Shown piece after piece: positions 39,162-49,120 of a DNA stretch of 64,000 nt (its first letter is position 1; each line of letters begins with the position of its first letter). Below the pieces are notes generated by a model that saw only the letters and a program-made list of their open reading frames with translations, made no database searches and was not told the origin of the DNA. The stretch lies in contig JADFZJ010000018.1 of assembly GCA_015232555.1 (NCBI GenBank), positions 4,934 through 68,933 of the forward strand, read 5' to 3'. The translations under genes and the position numbers were made by a program. This DNA comes from Desulfamplus sp. (lineage in GTDB: Bacteria > Desulfobacterota > Desulfobacteria > Desulfobacterales > Desulfobacteraceae).

Positions 39162-39338
39162 ATGGAAAGAATCATAAATATCCACATAGAAAGACTACCA
39201 GAAGGCTTTTATCTTGCCACATCAGAATCAGTGCAAGGTCTTATTGCTCAAGGCAGGACGGTCTCTGAAACTCTTGAAATTGCCCGTGATGTTGCAAGAA
39301 AGCTGATAGAAGCACGAAAGGAGAGAAATAATGGGTAA
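39162..39338 (+). CDS. HicB-like antitoxin (no HicA partner)
   Basis: GGAGG RBS; MERIINIHIERLPEGFYLATSESVQGLIAQGRTVSETLEIARDVARKLIEARKERNNG, translated by hand (58 aa, below the ORF track cutoff). Confidence 0.75.
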   Translation: MERIINIHIERLPEGFYLATSESVQGLIAQGRTVSETLEIARDVARKLIEARKERNNG

Positions 39339-39720
39339 TGACAAAATACAATACTGGAGCGATTTATCAGATTATGACATTGATACTGCCGAAGCAATGT
39401 TAAACACAAAAAGATATTTGTATGTTGGATTCATGACGCATCAGTCGATTGAGAAAACATTAAAAGCATATTACGTAAAGATTCATAATGAAACAGCACC
39501 ATCTTCTCATAACCTTTCATATCTTGCAAAAAAATCAGGTCTATATGAAGAATTCACCGAAGATCAAAAAGCATTTACTGATATTTTAGAACCCATGAAT
39601 ATTGAGTGCCGATACCCCGCTTATAAAGATAGGTTGTTTCAAAGTTTGACTGATGAACGATGTAAAGAAATCTTAAAAAATACAAAGGAACTTCAGGAAT
39701 GGATCAAGCAGAGATTATAA
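39331..39720 (+). CDS. HEPN domain protein
   Basis: YWSDLSDYDIDTAEAML, FMTHQSIEKTLKA, HNLSYLA and NIECRYP. Confidence 0.88.
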   Translation: MGNDKIQYWSDLSDYDIDTAEAMLNTKRYLYVGFMTHQSIEKTLKAYYVKIHNETAPSSHNLSYLAKKSGLYEEFTEDQKAFTDILEPMNIECRYPAYKDRLFQSLTDERCKEILKNTKELQEWIKQRL

Positions 39721-39998
39721 AGATACTCAAGCAATATAAACAACTTATACAAAAACAGATACCTCTTGATAAAATGATACTTTTCGGTTCTTATGCAAAA
39801 GGCAGGCAGCATAAAGACAGTGATTTTGATGTGGCAATTGTTGTTGATGAGTTAGCTGGCGACTATTTATTGACAAGATCATTGTTGTGGAAAATAAGAC
39901 GGGAAATTGACGATAGAATTGAGCCTTTTGTAATAGAGACAAAATACGATAAAAGCGGTTTTTTAGATGAAGTTATGAAAGAAGGTATTTTGATATAA
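39699..39998 (+). CDS. minimal nucleotidyltransferase (MNT)
   Basis: ILFGSYAKG...DSDFDVAIV and IEP; overlaps the HEPN gene. Confidence 0.9.
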   Translation: MDQAEIIKILKQYKQLIQKQIPLDKMILFGSYAKGRQHKDSDFDVAIVVDELAGDYLLTRSLLWKIRREIDDRIEPFVIETKYDKSGFLDEVMKEGILI

Positions 39999-40028
39999 AT
40001 TAAGAAAAAGCGATACAATAATATTAAA

Positions 40029-40256
40029 ATGGTAACTTTAAAAAAGCAGGATGTAGGAAATTGGCTTTTAGTAGAATACATGTCAACTTTACATAACGTT
40101 CATGAAAAACTTCATTTTTTTGAGAATAAGTATAATCAGTCATGGGAAGAATTTGATATAAATAATGCAACATCCGTGCATGAAGATTTTGCCAAATGGG
40201 ATGATTATATTGAGTGGAAAGCCTATGTAAAAATGTGTGAGGAACTTTCCACATAA
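40029..40256 (+). CDS. small hypothetical protein, antitoxin-like
   Basis: FFENKYNQSWEEF...EDFAKWDDYIEWKAY pattern, recalled from small proteins found next to TA toxins; function not established. Confidence 0.55.
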   Translation: MVTLKKQDVGNWLLVEYMSTLHNVHEKLHFFENKYNQSWEEFDINNATSVHEDFAKWDDYIEWKAYVKMCEELST

Positions 40257-40734
40257 TAAAAAAGACTTGATTAAAAAACATTCACTCATGTGCAAGTTGC
40301 TTGCTCTCAAAGCTGATGACAGAGGCATTGAGAGGGAATATATTATAAGAGAGATTTACAACGCTGCCGCTACAATGGGGGAAAACCTTGATAATGAAAA
40401 GAAACTTTTGATAGAGCAGTGGGTAAGTGCATATAAAGAACTGCCAGAAGAGACCGTCCAAAAGATAAAAAAGGAGGTTAAAATGACTTTTACTGCAACA
40501 ACAATATCAGAGCATTATATCAATGAAGGCAGGCTTGAGGGGATAAAGGAAGGTAAACTTGAGGGTAAACTTGAGGGGATAAAGGAAGGTGAAATCAAAG
40601 GTCAGATTAAGTTACTTGAATCGCTTTTATTATCAGGTGTTTTGACAAGTGAAAAATACTATGAGATGGTTGCCCCCCTGAAAAAGCAGTTGGAGAGCAT
40701 AGGGCTCTCAATAAAAGTTAAAAAGGAACAATAA
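40237..40734 (+). pseudogene. C-terminal remnant of an Rpn/YhgA-like protein with an internal start at 40483
   Basis: EGRLEGIKEGKLEGKLEGIKEGEIKG repeats and TTISEHY; no PD-(D/E)XK N-domain; AAGGAGGTTAAA-ATG at 40483. Confidence 0.65.
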
Positions 40735-40740
40735 AACAAA

Positions 40741-43700
40741 ATGCCAAAACGTACAGATATAAAAAAGATTCTTATTATTGGAGCAGGTCCGATTATTATT
40801 AGTCAAGCCTGCGAATTTGATTATTCAGGCACTCAAGCGTGCAAGGCTTTGAAAGAGGAGGGTTATGAGGTAGTTTTAATCAACTCAAACCCTGCTACTA
40901 TAATGACTGACCCTGATACAGCCGACAGAGTATATATTGAGCCTGTAACACCTGAAACCGTTGAAAAGGTAATTGCCAAAGAGCGACCAGATGCACTTCT
41001 GCCGACACTTGGGGGACAGACAGGTCTTAATACTGCGGTTGAGGTGGCAAAAAGGGGAATTCTTGAACGATACAATGTTGAGATGATAGGAGCTTCTGTT
41101 GAAGCTATCAAAAAAGCAGAAGATAGAGAGCTTTTCCGCGATGCCATGAACCGGATCAATTTACGTATTCCAAGAAGTGGTTTTGCTAAAAACATGCACG
41201 AAGTTGATAAGGTTGCCGAAGAGATTGGCTTTCCAATAATTGTTCGCCCAAGTTTTACACTTGGTGGAACAGGCGGCGGTGTTGCCTACAATCCTGAAGA
41301 GCTTGCTGTTCTTTCTAAAAAAGGGCTTGATGCAAGTTTCATAGGTCAGGTGATGCTTGAGGAGTCGGTTCTTGGCTGGAAAGAGTATGAACTTGAGGTT
41401 ATGCGGGATCACGCGGGCAATGTTGTTATAATCTGTTCGATTGAAAATATTGATCCTATGGGAGTTCACACAGGAGACAGCATAACAGTTGCCCCTGCCC
41501 AAACCCTTTCTGATAAAGAGTATCAGATGCTCAGAGATGCCTCAATTGCAATCATGCAGGAGATTGGCGTTGATACTGGAGGCTCTAATGTTCAGTTTGC
41601 CATAAATCCTTCTAATGGAGAGATGATCATTGTTGAAATGAACCCAAGAGTATCCAGAAGCTCTGCACTTGCATCTAAAGCTACTGGCTTTCCAATTGCA
41701 AAGATTGCGGCAAAATTGGCAGTTGGATTTACTCTTGATGAGATTAAAAATGATATAACAGGTGAAACTCTTGCCTGTTTTGAACCATCTATTGATTACT
41801 GCGTAGTAAAAATTCCACGCTGGACATTTGAGAAATTTCCTGAAACTGATGATATTTTGACCACTGCCATGAAATCGGTTGGTGAAACAATGTCAATTGG
41901 CAGAACATTTAAAGAGGCTCTGCAAAAAGGTTTACGTTCTCTTGAAATCGGAAGATTTGGATTTGGTGCAGATGGCAAGGACCCTGTATCTGGCTCGGTT
42001 TCAAGAACTGAACTTGAATATAGACTTGCAACACCAAATTCCCAGAGGATTTTTTATATCAAATATGCTCTTGAGAATGGCATGTCAATTGAGGCAATAA
42101 ACGAACTTACAGGTATTGATCCCTGGTTTCTCTACCAGATGAAGCAGCTTGTGGAATTTCAAAAAACCGTAGAGACGCATGGACGTGCATCTCTACAATC
42201 TAATCGTGCGTCTTCACAATCTAATCTTGAATCTTTGCAATCTAATCTTACGTATCCACAATCTATAATCTCTTATGAGACCATGGAAAAGGCAAAAAGA
42301 TGGGGATTTTCAGATAGACAGCTTGCACATCTTACAGGTTTTTCAGAAGAGCAGATTGAAAGTTACAGAAAAAAACTTGGTATTGTGCCAGTCTATAAAC
42401 TTGTTGATACCTGTGCCGCAGAGTTCAGAGCTGCCACGCCATATTATTACTCAACATACGAAAAAGAGTGCGAGGCAAGAATATCAGACCGTAAAAAAGT
42501 GATGATTTTAGGTGGTGGTCCAAACCGAATCGGACAGGGAATTGAGTTTGACTACTGCTGTGTTCAAGCATCTTTTGCCTTGAGAGAAGAGGGTGTTGAG
42601 AGCATCATGGTCAACAGCAATCCTGAAACCGTCAGTACAGATTATGATACATCAGATAAACTCTACTTTGAACCTCTGACCCGTGAAGATGTTCTGCACA
42701 TTGTTGAGAAAGAAAAACCTGACGGCGTTATTGTGCAGTTTGGCGGGCAGACTCCGTTGAACCTTGCAACAGTACTTAAAAAAGCAGGGGTTCCAATTAT
42801 CGGTACAAGCCCTGAAAGCATTGATATGGCGGAAAACCGTGATCTGTTTCAGGCAATGCTCAGAAAACTTGATATTGCCCAGCCTGCCAACGGAATTGCG
42901 ACAAACTTTCCAGAAGCTCAAAAAGTTGCCCGTGAAATTGGCTATCCAGTCATGGTTAGACCCTCGTTTGTTTTAGGAGGGCGTGCCATGAAGATAGTGT
43001 ATGAGCCAAAAGAGCTTGAGGAGTATTTTAACCTTGCAATATCAGCATCCCCTGATCACCCTGTATTGATTGACCAATTTTTAGAAGATGCGTTTGAACT
43101 TGATGTTGATGCAATTTCCGATGGTAACCGCACCATAATAGGTGGAATGATGGAGCACATTGAGGAGGCTGGAATTCATTCAGGAGATTCTGCCTGTGTT
43201 CTGCCTCCCTACAGCATACCTGCCCATTTGATTCAGGAGATGGCTGATGCTACCCGGGCACTTGCAAAAGAGCTGAAAGTTATAGGGCTTATGAATATCC
43301 AATTTGCCATTATGGATGGAAAACTTTACGTGATTGAGGTCAATCCAAGAGCATCAAGAACAGTTCCATTTGTCAGTAAGGCTACAGGTGTTCCTTTGGC
43401 AAAACTTGCCACAAAGGTTATGCTTGGAAAAACTCTTGATGAACTGGGATTGACAAAAGAGGTGATACCTCTCCACTATTCGGTAAAAGAGGCTGTCATG
43501 CCTTTTGACAGGTTTGACAAGGTTGATCCTGTGCTTGGACCTGAAATGAAATCAACTGGAGAAGTTATGGGCATTGACATGGAGCTTGGGGCAGCCTTTG
43601 CAAAAGCCCAGCTTGGTGCAGGTCAAAATCTTCCAACCGAAGGGACTGTCTTTATAAGTGTTCAAGATAGAGATAAAATGTCCGCCCTTCCAGTTGCAAA

Positions 43701-44055
43701 AGAGTTCTATCAGATGGGATTCAAGCTCATTGCCACACGGGGAACTGCGATGTTTCTTCAAGATAATGCAATTCCTGCAAAAGTTGTGGAAAAGGTATCT
43801 ACAGGCAGACCTCATGTAGTTGATGCTGTTAAAAATAATGAGATTCAGCTTATTTTAAACACAGGGGCAAGCAGCCAGACAAAGATGGACGGCTACGAAA
43901 TTAGAAGGTCTGCAATAAGATATAAAATCCCTTATGCAACAACAACCGATGGTGCAAAGGCAATTTGCAGGGCAATCAAGGCATTGAAAAAAGAGCCTTT
44001 AACTGTAAAGTCGATTCAAGAGTATCATGCACCGTTTAATTCAAAAGTAGGTTAA
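40741..44055 (+). CDS. carB: carbamoyl-phosphate synthase large subunit
   Basis: [30 protein letters not shown], two ATP-grasp halves and an MGS domain. Confidence 0.98.
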   Translation: MPKRTDIKKILIIGAGPIIISQACEFDYSGTQACKALKEEGYEVVLINSNPATIMTDPDTADRVYIEPVTPETVEKVIAKERPDALLPTLGGQTGLNTAVEVAKRGILERYNVEMIGASVEAIKKAEDRELFRDAMNRINLRIPRSGFAKNMHEVDKVAEEIGFPIIVRPSFTLGGTGGGVAYNPEELAVLSKKGLDASFIGQVMLEESVLGWKEYELEVMRDHAGNVVIICSIENIDPMGVHTGDSITVAPAQTLSDKEYQMLRDASIAIMQEIGVDTGGSNVQFAINPSNGEMIIVEMNPRVSRSSALASKATGFPIAKIAAKLAVGFTLDEIKNDITGETLACFEPSIDYCVVKIPRWTFEKFPETDDILTTAMKSVGETMSIGRTFKEALQKGLRSLEIGRFGFGADGKDPVSGSVSRTELEYRLATPNSQRIFYIKYALENGMSIEAINELTGIDPWFLYQMKQLVEFQKTVETHGRASLQSNRASSQSNLESLQSNLTYPQSIISYETMEKAKRWGFSDRQLAHLTGFSEEQIESYRKKLGIVPVYKLVDTCAAEFRAATPYYYSTYEKECEARISDRKKVMILGGGPNRIGQGIEFDYCCVQASFALREEGVESIMVNSNPETVSTDYDTSDKLYFEPLTREDVLHIVEKEKPDGVIVQFGGQTPLNLATVLKKAGVPIIGTSPESIDMAENRDLFQAMLRKLDIAQPANGIATNFPEAQKVAREIGYPVMVRPSFVLGGRAMKIVYEPKELEEYFNLAISASPDHPVLIDQFLEDAFELDVDAISDGNRTIIGGMMEHIEEAGIHSGDSACVLPPYSIPAHLIQEMADATRALAKELKVIGLMNIQFAIMDGKLYVIEVNPRASRTVPFVSKATGVPLAKLATKVMLGKTLDELGLTKEVIPLHYSVKEAVMPFDRFDKVDPVLGPEMKSTGEVMGIDMELGAAFAKAQLGAGQNLPTEGTVFISVQDRDKMSALPVAKEFYQMGFKLIATRGTAMFLQDNAIPAKVVEKVSTGRPHVVDAVKNNEIQLILNTGASSQTKMDGYEIRRSAIRYKIPYATTTDGAKAICRAIKALKKEPLTVKSIQEYHAPFNSKVG
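42169..42267 (+). repeat. 28-bp REP-like palindrome plus four 21-bp tandem units, in frame within carB
   Basis: GTAGAGACGCATGGACGTGCATCTCTAC (42169-42196), then units at 42184, 42205, 42226 and 42247; encodes [32 protein letters not shown]. Confidence 0.85.
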
Positions 44056-44061
44056 ACTAAT

Positions 44062-45672
44062 TTGAGATATATAATGAAATCAACCGAAGTAACATCACAG
44101 TTAACTACTACGGACAAAGCCAGTGAATGGGCTACACACTATTTAGGTAAAAATGTTACAATATCAAATATATCATATTTAATTCAGTATGGTAGAATAA
44201 AAAAATATGAAAATAATGGAAGAACATTAGTTAATTTATCTGAGTTAAAAGAGTATTATCAAACACAGGTTCATCCAAAGGAAAAAGAATGGAAACAAAA
44301 CCTTGGTAATGACCTTAATTGGATTCTATCTTTTGACCAATATAAAGAATCTGAACGGACAAAGCATGTTCATAGACTCCACCCATACAAAGGTAAATTT
44401 ATTCCTCAGTTGGTGGAGTATTTTATTGACGACCATGTTGATGAGTTCAAACAAGATGTGTTTTTTCGTAAAGGAGATATTATCCTTGATCCATTTTGTG
44501 GCAGTGGCACAACTCTTGTGCAGGCAAATGAACTTGGTATAAATGGGATTGGTATTGATATTTCAGCTTTTAATTCATTTATTAGCAACTCAAAACTTCT
44601 AAAATATGATCTTGTAGAGCTTACAAAAACCTTATCTTCTATTACTGTTAAGCTAAAAGAATTTCAAAAAGAGTTCAATAATCTTAAATTTGATCAACAT
44701 ATTTTAGAAGAGTTGAAAAAGTTCAACGATAAATATTTTCCATCTCCAGATTATAGAAGATGGGTAAGGATTAAACAAATTGATGAGAAAGCCTATGGAA
44801 ATGAAAAAGAGAGGATATTTAAAGATATTTACTATCAACTGTTAGATAAATATCAAGTAACTGTAAAACAGGATAACGGAATATCTTTTATTGATACATG
44901 GTTTTTAGCCCCTGTTAGAAAAGAAATTGATTTTGTCTTTGAGCAGGTGAAACAGATCCAATGTGTGCCAACCAGAAAAATAGCTGGAATTATATTGAGC
45001 AGAACTATCCGCTCATGCAGGGCAACAACACATGCTGACCTTGCAACTCTTATATCTCCAGTTACTGAGACATATTATTGCAAGAAACATGGAAAAATCT
45101 GTAAACCTATTTTTTCAATTCTTAGCTGGTGGCAAAGATATAGCAATGATACTATTAAACGTCTCAAAGAATTCGATCGATTAAGGACAGACGCATATCA
45201 GTTCTGTTTAACAGGAGATAGCAGAAACATTGATATTTTAGCTCAATTAAAAGCTAAATATAAAATCTTAGCAAATCTTGTAGAGAATAAGAAAATTCAA
45301 GGTATTTTTTCAAGTCCTCCTTATGTTGGTTTAATTAATTACCACGAACAACACGCATACGCCTATGATCTATTTGGATTTGAAAGAAACGATGATTCAG
45401 AGATAGGGAATCTATACAAAGGACAGGGGAAAGATGCACGAAACTCTTATGTTGAAGGGGTTTCTGAAGTTTTAAATAACTGTAAGAATTATTTGGTTGA
45501 TGATTATAATATTTTTCTTGTAGCAAATGATAAGTGGAATCTTTATCCTAAAATTGCTCAGAAATCTGATATGATAATTGTAAATCAATATAAAAGACCA
45601 GTTTTGAATAGAGTAGAAAAAGGGCAGGCTGCCTATTCTGAAATTATATTTCATCTAAAATCTAAAAATTAA
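44062..45672 (+). CDS. type II amino-DNA methyltransferase (probably N4-C) with N-terminal HTH-like segment
   Basis: HRLHPYKGKFIPQL, motif I DPFCGSGTT preceding motif IV SSPPY; start probably ATG at 44074. Confidence 0.88.
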   Translation: MRYIMKSTEVTSQLTTTDKASEWATHYLGKNVTISNISYLIQYGRIKKYENNGRTLVNLSELKEYYQTQVHPKEKEWKQNLGNDLNWILSFDQYKESERTKHVHRLHPYKGKFIPQLVEYFIDDHVDEFKQDVFFRKGDIILDPFCGSGTTLVQANELGINGIGIDISAFNSFISNSKLLKYDLVELTKTLSSITVKLKEFQKEFNNLKFDQHILEELKKFNDKYFPSPDYRRWVRIKQIDEKAYGNEKERIFKDIYYQLLDKYQVTVKQDNGISFIDTWFLAPVRKEIDFVFEQVKQIQCVPTRKIAGIILSRTIRSCRATTHADLATLISPVTETYYCKKHGKICKPIFSILSWWQRYSNDTIKRLKEFDRLRTDAYQFCLTGDSRNIDILAQLKAKYKILANLVENKKIQGIFSSPPYVGLINYHEQHAYAYDLFGFERNDDSEIGNLYKGQGKDARNSYVEGVSEVLNNCKNYLVDDYNIFLVANDKWNLYPKIAQKSDMIIVNQYKRPVLNRVEKGQAAYSEIIFHLKSKN

Positions 45673-45684
45673 GAATATAAAATA

Positions 45685-46467
45685 ATGGCTCTATCAATAA
45701 ATCAAAAAGATAAAATTATAAATCTCTTATCAAAAAAGATTATAAGCAAGCTATCGTCTTATGGACGAGAAACAACATCAATGCCTTTTCTTGCACGCCT
45801 TATACAAGATAATGAGAAAATTGCTGCTTATTCGTTCATCCACTCAATGGCTACAACGTTAGGAATGTCTATTTATGAAGATGTATCTGTTATTATTGCC
45901 TCTGAAACTTCAGATGAATGTTTTAGAAATTATGGTGTTGGAGGCGTTATTTCAAAAGAGCAAAAATCTGTAATTGATCGTATTGTGTCTGAACTAAGAA
46001 ATGGAACAAGAACTGCAAATATTGATACAGAAATAGACGAGATATTAAAGGCTTCTACTTATAATGGAGAATTTCAAAAATCTGGTAATATCTCAGATTT
46101 TTATATGAAACGAGATGGAAAAGAACATTATTTTGAAATAAAAACAGTTAAGCCAAATATTGACGTATTTGAGAAAAGTAAAACAAAACTTCTTGAATGG
46201 GTTGCAAGAAAGAGAACTGCTGTTAATGTTTTTCTTGCATTTCCATATAACCCATACCATCCTAAACCATATTATAGATTTACTGAAGTTGGTATGATGA
46301 ACCCTCCAAATGATTTTTTAGTTGGTGATGAATATTGGGATTTTATTGGTGGTAAAAACACTTTCATAGAGTTACTGGACGTCTTTAACGAAGTTGGTCA
46401 GACATTTAAAGAGAAACTTGATAAAAAATTTAAAGATATAGCAAAAGAAAAACTTGATTCATACTAA
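45685..46467 (+). CDS. type II restriction endonuclease, TdeIII/MjaII-like
   Basis: HSMATTLG, D...FEIKTVKPN (PD-(D/E)XK) and FPYNPY.P.PY motifs typical of the RE_TdeIII family; adjacent to the MTase. Confidence 0.8.
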   Translation: MALSINQKDKIINLLSKKIISKLSSYGRETTSMPFLARLIQDNEKIAAYSFIHSMATTLGMSIYEDVSVIIASETSDECFRNYGVGGVISKEQKSVIDRIVSELRNGTRTANIDTEIDEILKASTYNGEFQKSGNISDFYMKRDGKEHYFEIKTVKPNIDVFEKSKTKLLEWVARKRTAVNVFLAFPYNPYHPKPYYRFTEVGMMNPPNDFLVGDEYWDFIGGKNTFIELLDVFNEVGQTFKEKLDKKFKDIAKEKLDSY

Positions 46468-46487
46468 AACCTGATACTTTTTCTAAG

Positions 46488-47933
46488 TTGAGTATGGCTA
46501 AAATGGAAAATACAATGATTGATAACAATATACCTAAAGAAGAGTGCGGTGTTTTTGGAATATACAGACACCCAGAGGCTGCCCAATTGACCTATTTTGG
46601 GCTTTATGCACTTCAGCACAGAGGGCAGGAGAGTGCTGGGATTTCAGTTGCAAGAGATAAGGATAAAATCTTCTCCCACAAAGGTATGGGGCTTGTCCAT
46701 GATATCTTTGAGATGGAAGATTTAAAAAAGATAGAGGGCGGCGGAGGCAGTGCAATTGGTCATGTCCGCTACTCTACAACTGGAGATTCAAACCTTACCA
46801 ATGCACAGCCGTTTGTAGTTCAGCATAAAGGTCGTGCTTATGCTGTTGCCCATAACGGCAATTTGGTAAATGCTCATATCTTGAAAAATGAACTGGAAGA
46901 GAATGGCTCAATATTTCAGACCACAATGGATAGCGAGGTTTTTCTCCATCTGTTTATTAAAAATCTCAGACAGGGGAATGTTATTCAGGCTATACAGAAG
47001 GCGGTCACAAAGATTGAGGGTGCTTATTCTTTTGTGCTTTTGACCTGTAAGGGGGAAGTGATTGGAGTAAAAGACCCGCATGGATTCCGTCCTCTTGCAC
47101 TTGGCAAACTAAATGGGCACTATGTGCTTGCATCAGAAACCTGTGCATTTGATTTGGTTCAGGCTGAATTTGTTCGTGAGCTTGACCCTGGAGAAATTGT
47201 CATTATTAACGAAGATGGGGTTCAGAGCATCAAACCTGAAAATCCACCTGAAAAACGATCTCTTTGCATATTTGAGTATATCTATTTTGCAAGACCAGAC
47301 AGCACCATCTGCGGAACAAATGTCTATCAAATGAGAAAGGCACTTGGTCGCCAGCTCGCACGAGAGTCTCATGTTGATGCTGATTTTGTTATGCCTTTTC
47401 CAGATTCAGGTAACTATTCAGCAATCGGGTATGCAGAGGAGTCTGGCATTCCGTTTGAGATGGCAATGATAAGAAACCACTACGTTGGAAGAAGTTTTAT
47501 TCAGCCAACCCAGCACATGAGAGATTTTGCAGTAAGAGTAAAGCTCAATCCAGTAAGAGAGCTTATAAAAAACAAAGAGATTATAATTATTGAAGATTCG
47601 ATAATTCGCGGTACCACTGCAAAAACCAGAGTTCAGGCTCTGCGTGATCTTGGGGCAAAAAAGATTCATATGCGGATAAGCTGCCCGCCGCACCGTTTCC
47701 CCTGCTATTACGGCATTGATTTTTCTACAAAAGGAGAGCTTGTAGCTGCAACAAAAACAGAAGAGGAGCTTACCCATTTCTTAGGATTAGATACTCTTCA
47801 TTATCTATCAATTGAAGGAATGCTTGAGGCAAGCGGTGTTGAAAATCCTATAAACAACTTTTGCAAGGCGTGCTTTGACGGCTCATATCCAGTGGCTTTT
47901 GACCCTGGAATTTCAAAGAAGTGTATGGGATAG
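46488..47933 (+). CDS. purF: amidophosphoribosyltransferase
   Basis: EECGVFG, LQHRGQESAG, GHVRYST, CIFEYIYFARPDS, IEDSIIRGTT and CKACFDG. Confidence 0.97.
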   Translation: MSMAKMENTMIDNNIPKEECGVFGIYRHPEAAQLTYFGLYALQHRGQESAGISVARDKDKIFSHKGMGLVHDIFEMEDLKKIEGGGGSAIGHVRYSTTGDSNLTNAQPFVVQHKGRAYAVAHNGNLVNAHILKNELEENGSIFQTTMDSEVFLHLFIKNLRQGNVIQAIQKAVTKIEGAYSFVLLTCKGEVIGVKDPHGFRPLALGKLNGHYVLASETCAFDLVQAEFVRELDPGEIVIINEDGVQSIKPENPPEKRSLCIFEYIYFARPDSTICGTNVYQMRKALGRQLARESHVDADFVMPFPDSGNYSAIGYAEESGIPFEMAMIRNHYVGRSFIQPTQHMRDFAVRVKLNPVRELIKNKEIIIIEDSIIRGTTAKTRVQALRDLGAKKIHMRISCPPHRFPCYYGIDFSTKGELVAATKTEEELTHFLGLDTLHYLSIEGMLEASGVENPINNFCKACFDGSYPVAFDPGISKKCMG

Positions 47934-47969
47934 ATATCTTTTATATATGAGACACAAAATTTAGGATTA

Positions 47970-47999
47970 TAAGAGCCTGTTTAAATATTCAGGCTTTTA
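47970..47999 (+). terminator. hairpin after purF that begins with the MITE terminal sequence
   Basis: TAAGAGCCTGTTTAAA (identical to target plus left end of the MITE), closing with CAGGCTTTT. Confidence 0.5.
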
Positions 48000-48016
48000 A
48001 TCTTAGGAGTTGCACC

Positions 48017-49102
48017 ATGAAAAAACAGACGGTTGCATTTTCAAAAAACTCATCAAATCTCTTTTTTCACATTTTGACAAAGTGTAATTTGTCCTGCCGC
48101 CACTGTTACATAAATACAGAACAGCATGGAACAAATACCTTGAGTATTGAAACGATAAAAGAGTGGCTATATCTGTTTGCTCAATTTTCTAAAAAATCTG
48201 AACAGATTAATGTTATATTTTTAGGTGGAGAGCCGACTCTTCACCCTGATTTAGCTATTGCAATAAAAGAGGCAAGAAGGCTTGGATTCAAATCTATCAC
48301 TATTGATACTAACGGCTATCTTTTCCACAACATACTTGAAAAAATCACTCCAGATGATGTTGATTTTATCAGCTTTTCATTAGATGGAGCAACTGAAGAG
48401 ACTAACGATTTTATCCGAGGAAAAGGCAGTTATCAAACTGTAATTGCAGGAATCAAAAAAGCTGTGGATTTGGGATTTTCGACCTCAATGATCTATACGG
48501 TCAGTTCTGATAATCTGCATGAGCTTGCACTTATGCCAAATTTACTTAAATCTCTTTTGAGCAAAGGTGCTGGAATTGAGCGTTTTTTTATACAAGTCGT
48601 TGGTATTCGTGGCTCATCAGCAGATAAAAGTAAAACGAGCATAGACGAATATGAAAAAAATAAAGCACGAGACGAAAAGATAGAGACTATCAATCGTCAA
48701 GTATCTAAGGAGTCATGGCTTGAAACAGTGCCAGAGGTGGCTCATCAAGTGGCACAACTGGGGATTACAGTCACATATCCTAAGGTGTTTCTTGAAGATA
48801 CAGAGAAGTTTGAGTGTGCAGGAGTTGTTGCTGACAACTACTTTATATTTCCTAATGGTAGAGTTTATCGCTGCCCTTTGTGCGAAGATTATCCGCTTCA
48901 TAGTATTGAAATAATTGGTAGTGATCGCGTTATCGCCCCAACCCTCAAAATTAATGAGAGCGATCTTTTTGAACTCAACATTCCTGAAGGGTGTGTGATG
49001 AACAAACTTATTCAGCCCGGAAATTTGGAGTATAATAGCGATGGCACTCCTTGTTATAAAATTGCCTGCTGTATGCTAAAAGAGGAGATATCAAAGAGTT
49101 GA
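48017..49102 (+). CDS. radical SAM protein with Cys-containing C-terminal (SPASM/twitch-like) region
   Basis: CNLSCRHC, LGGEPTLHP, SFSLDG, FPNGRVYRCPLC and terminal ACC. Confidence 0.88.
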   Translation: MKKQTVAFSKNSSNLFFHILTKCNLSCRHCYINTEQHGTNTLSIETIKEWLYLFAQFSKKSEQINVIFLGGEPTLHPDLAIAIKEARRLGFKSITIDTNGYLFHNILEKITPDDVDFISFSLDGATEETNDFIRGKGSYQTVIAGIKKAVDLGFSTSMIYTVSSDNLHELALMPNLLKSLLSKGAGIERFFIQVVGIRGSSADKSKTSIDEYEKNKARDEKIETINRQVSKESWLETVPEVAHQVAQLGITVTYPKVFLEDTEKFECAGVVADNYFIFPNGRVYRCPLCEDYPLHSIEIIGSDRVIAPTLKINESDLFELNIPEGCVMNKLIQPGNLEYNSDGTPCYKIACCMLKEEISKS

Positions 49103-49120
49103 TTGAGCTTTTTGAACCAT

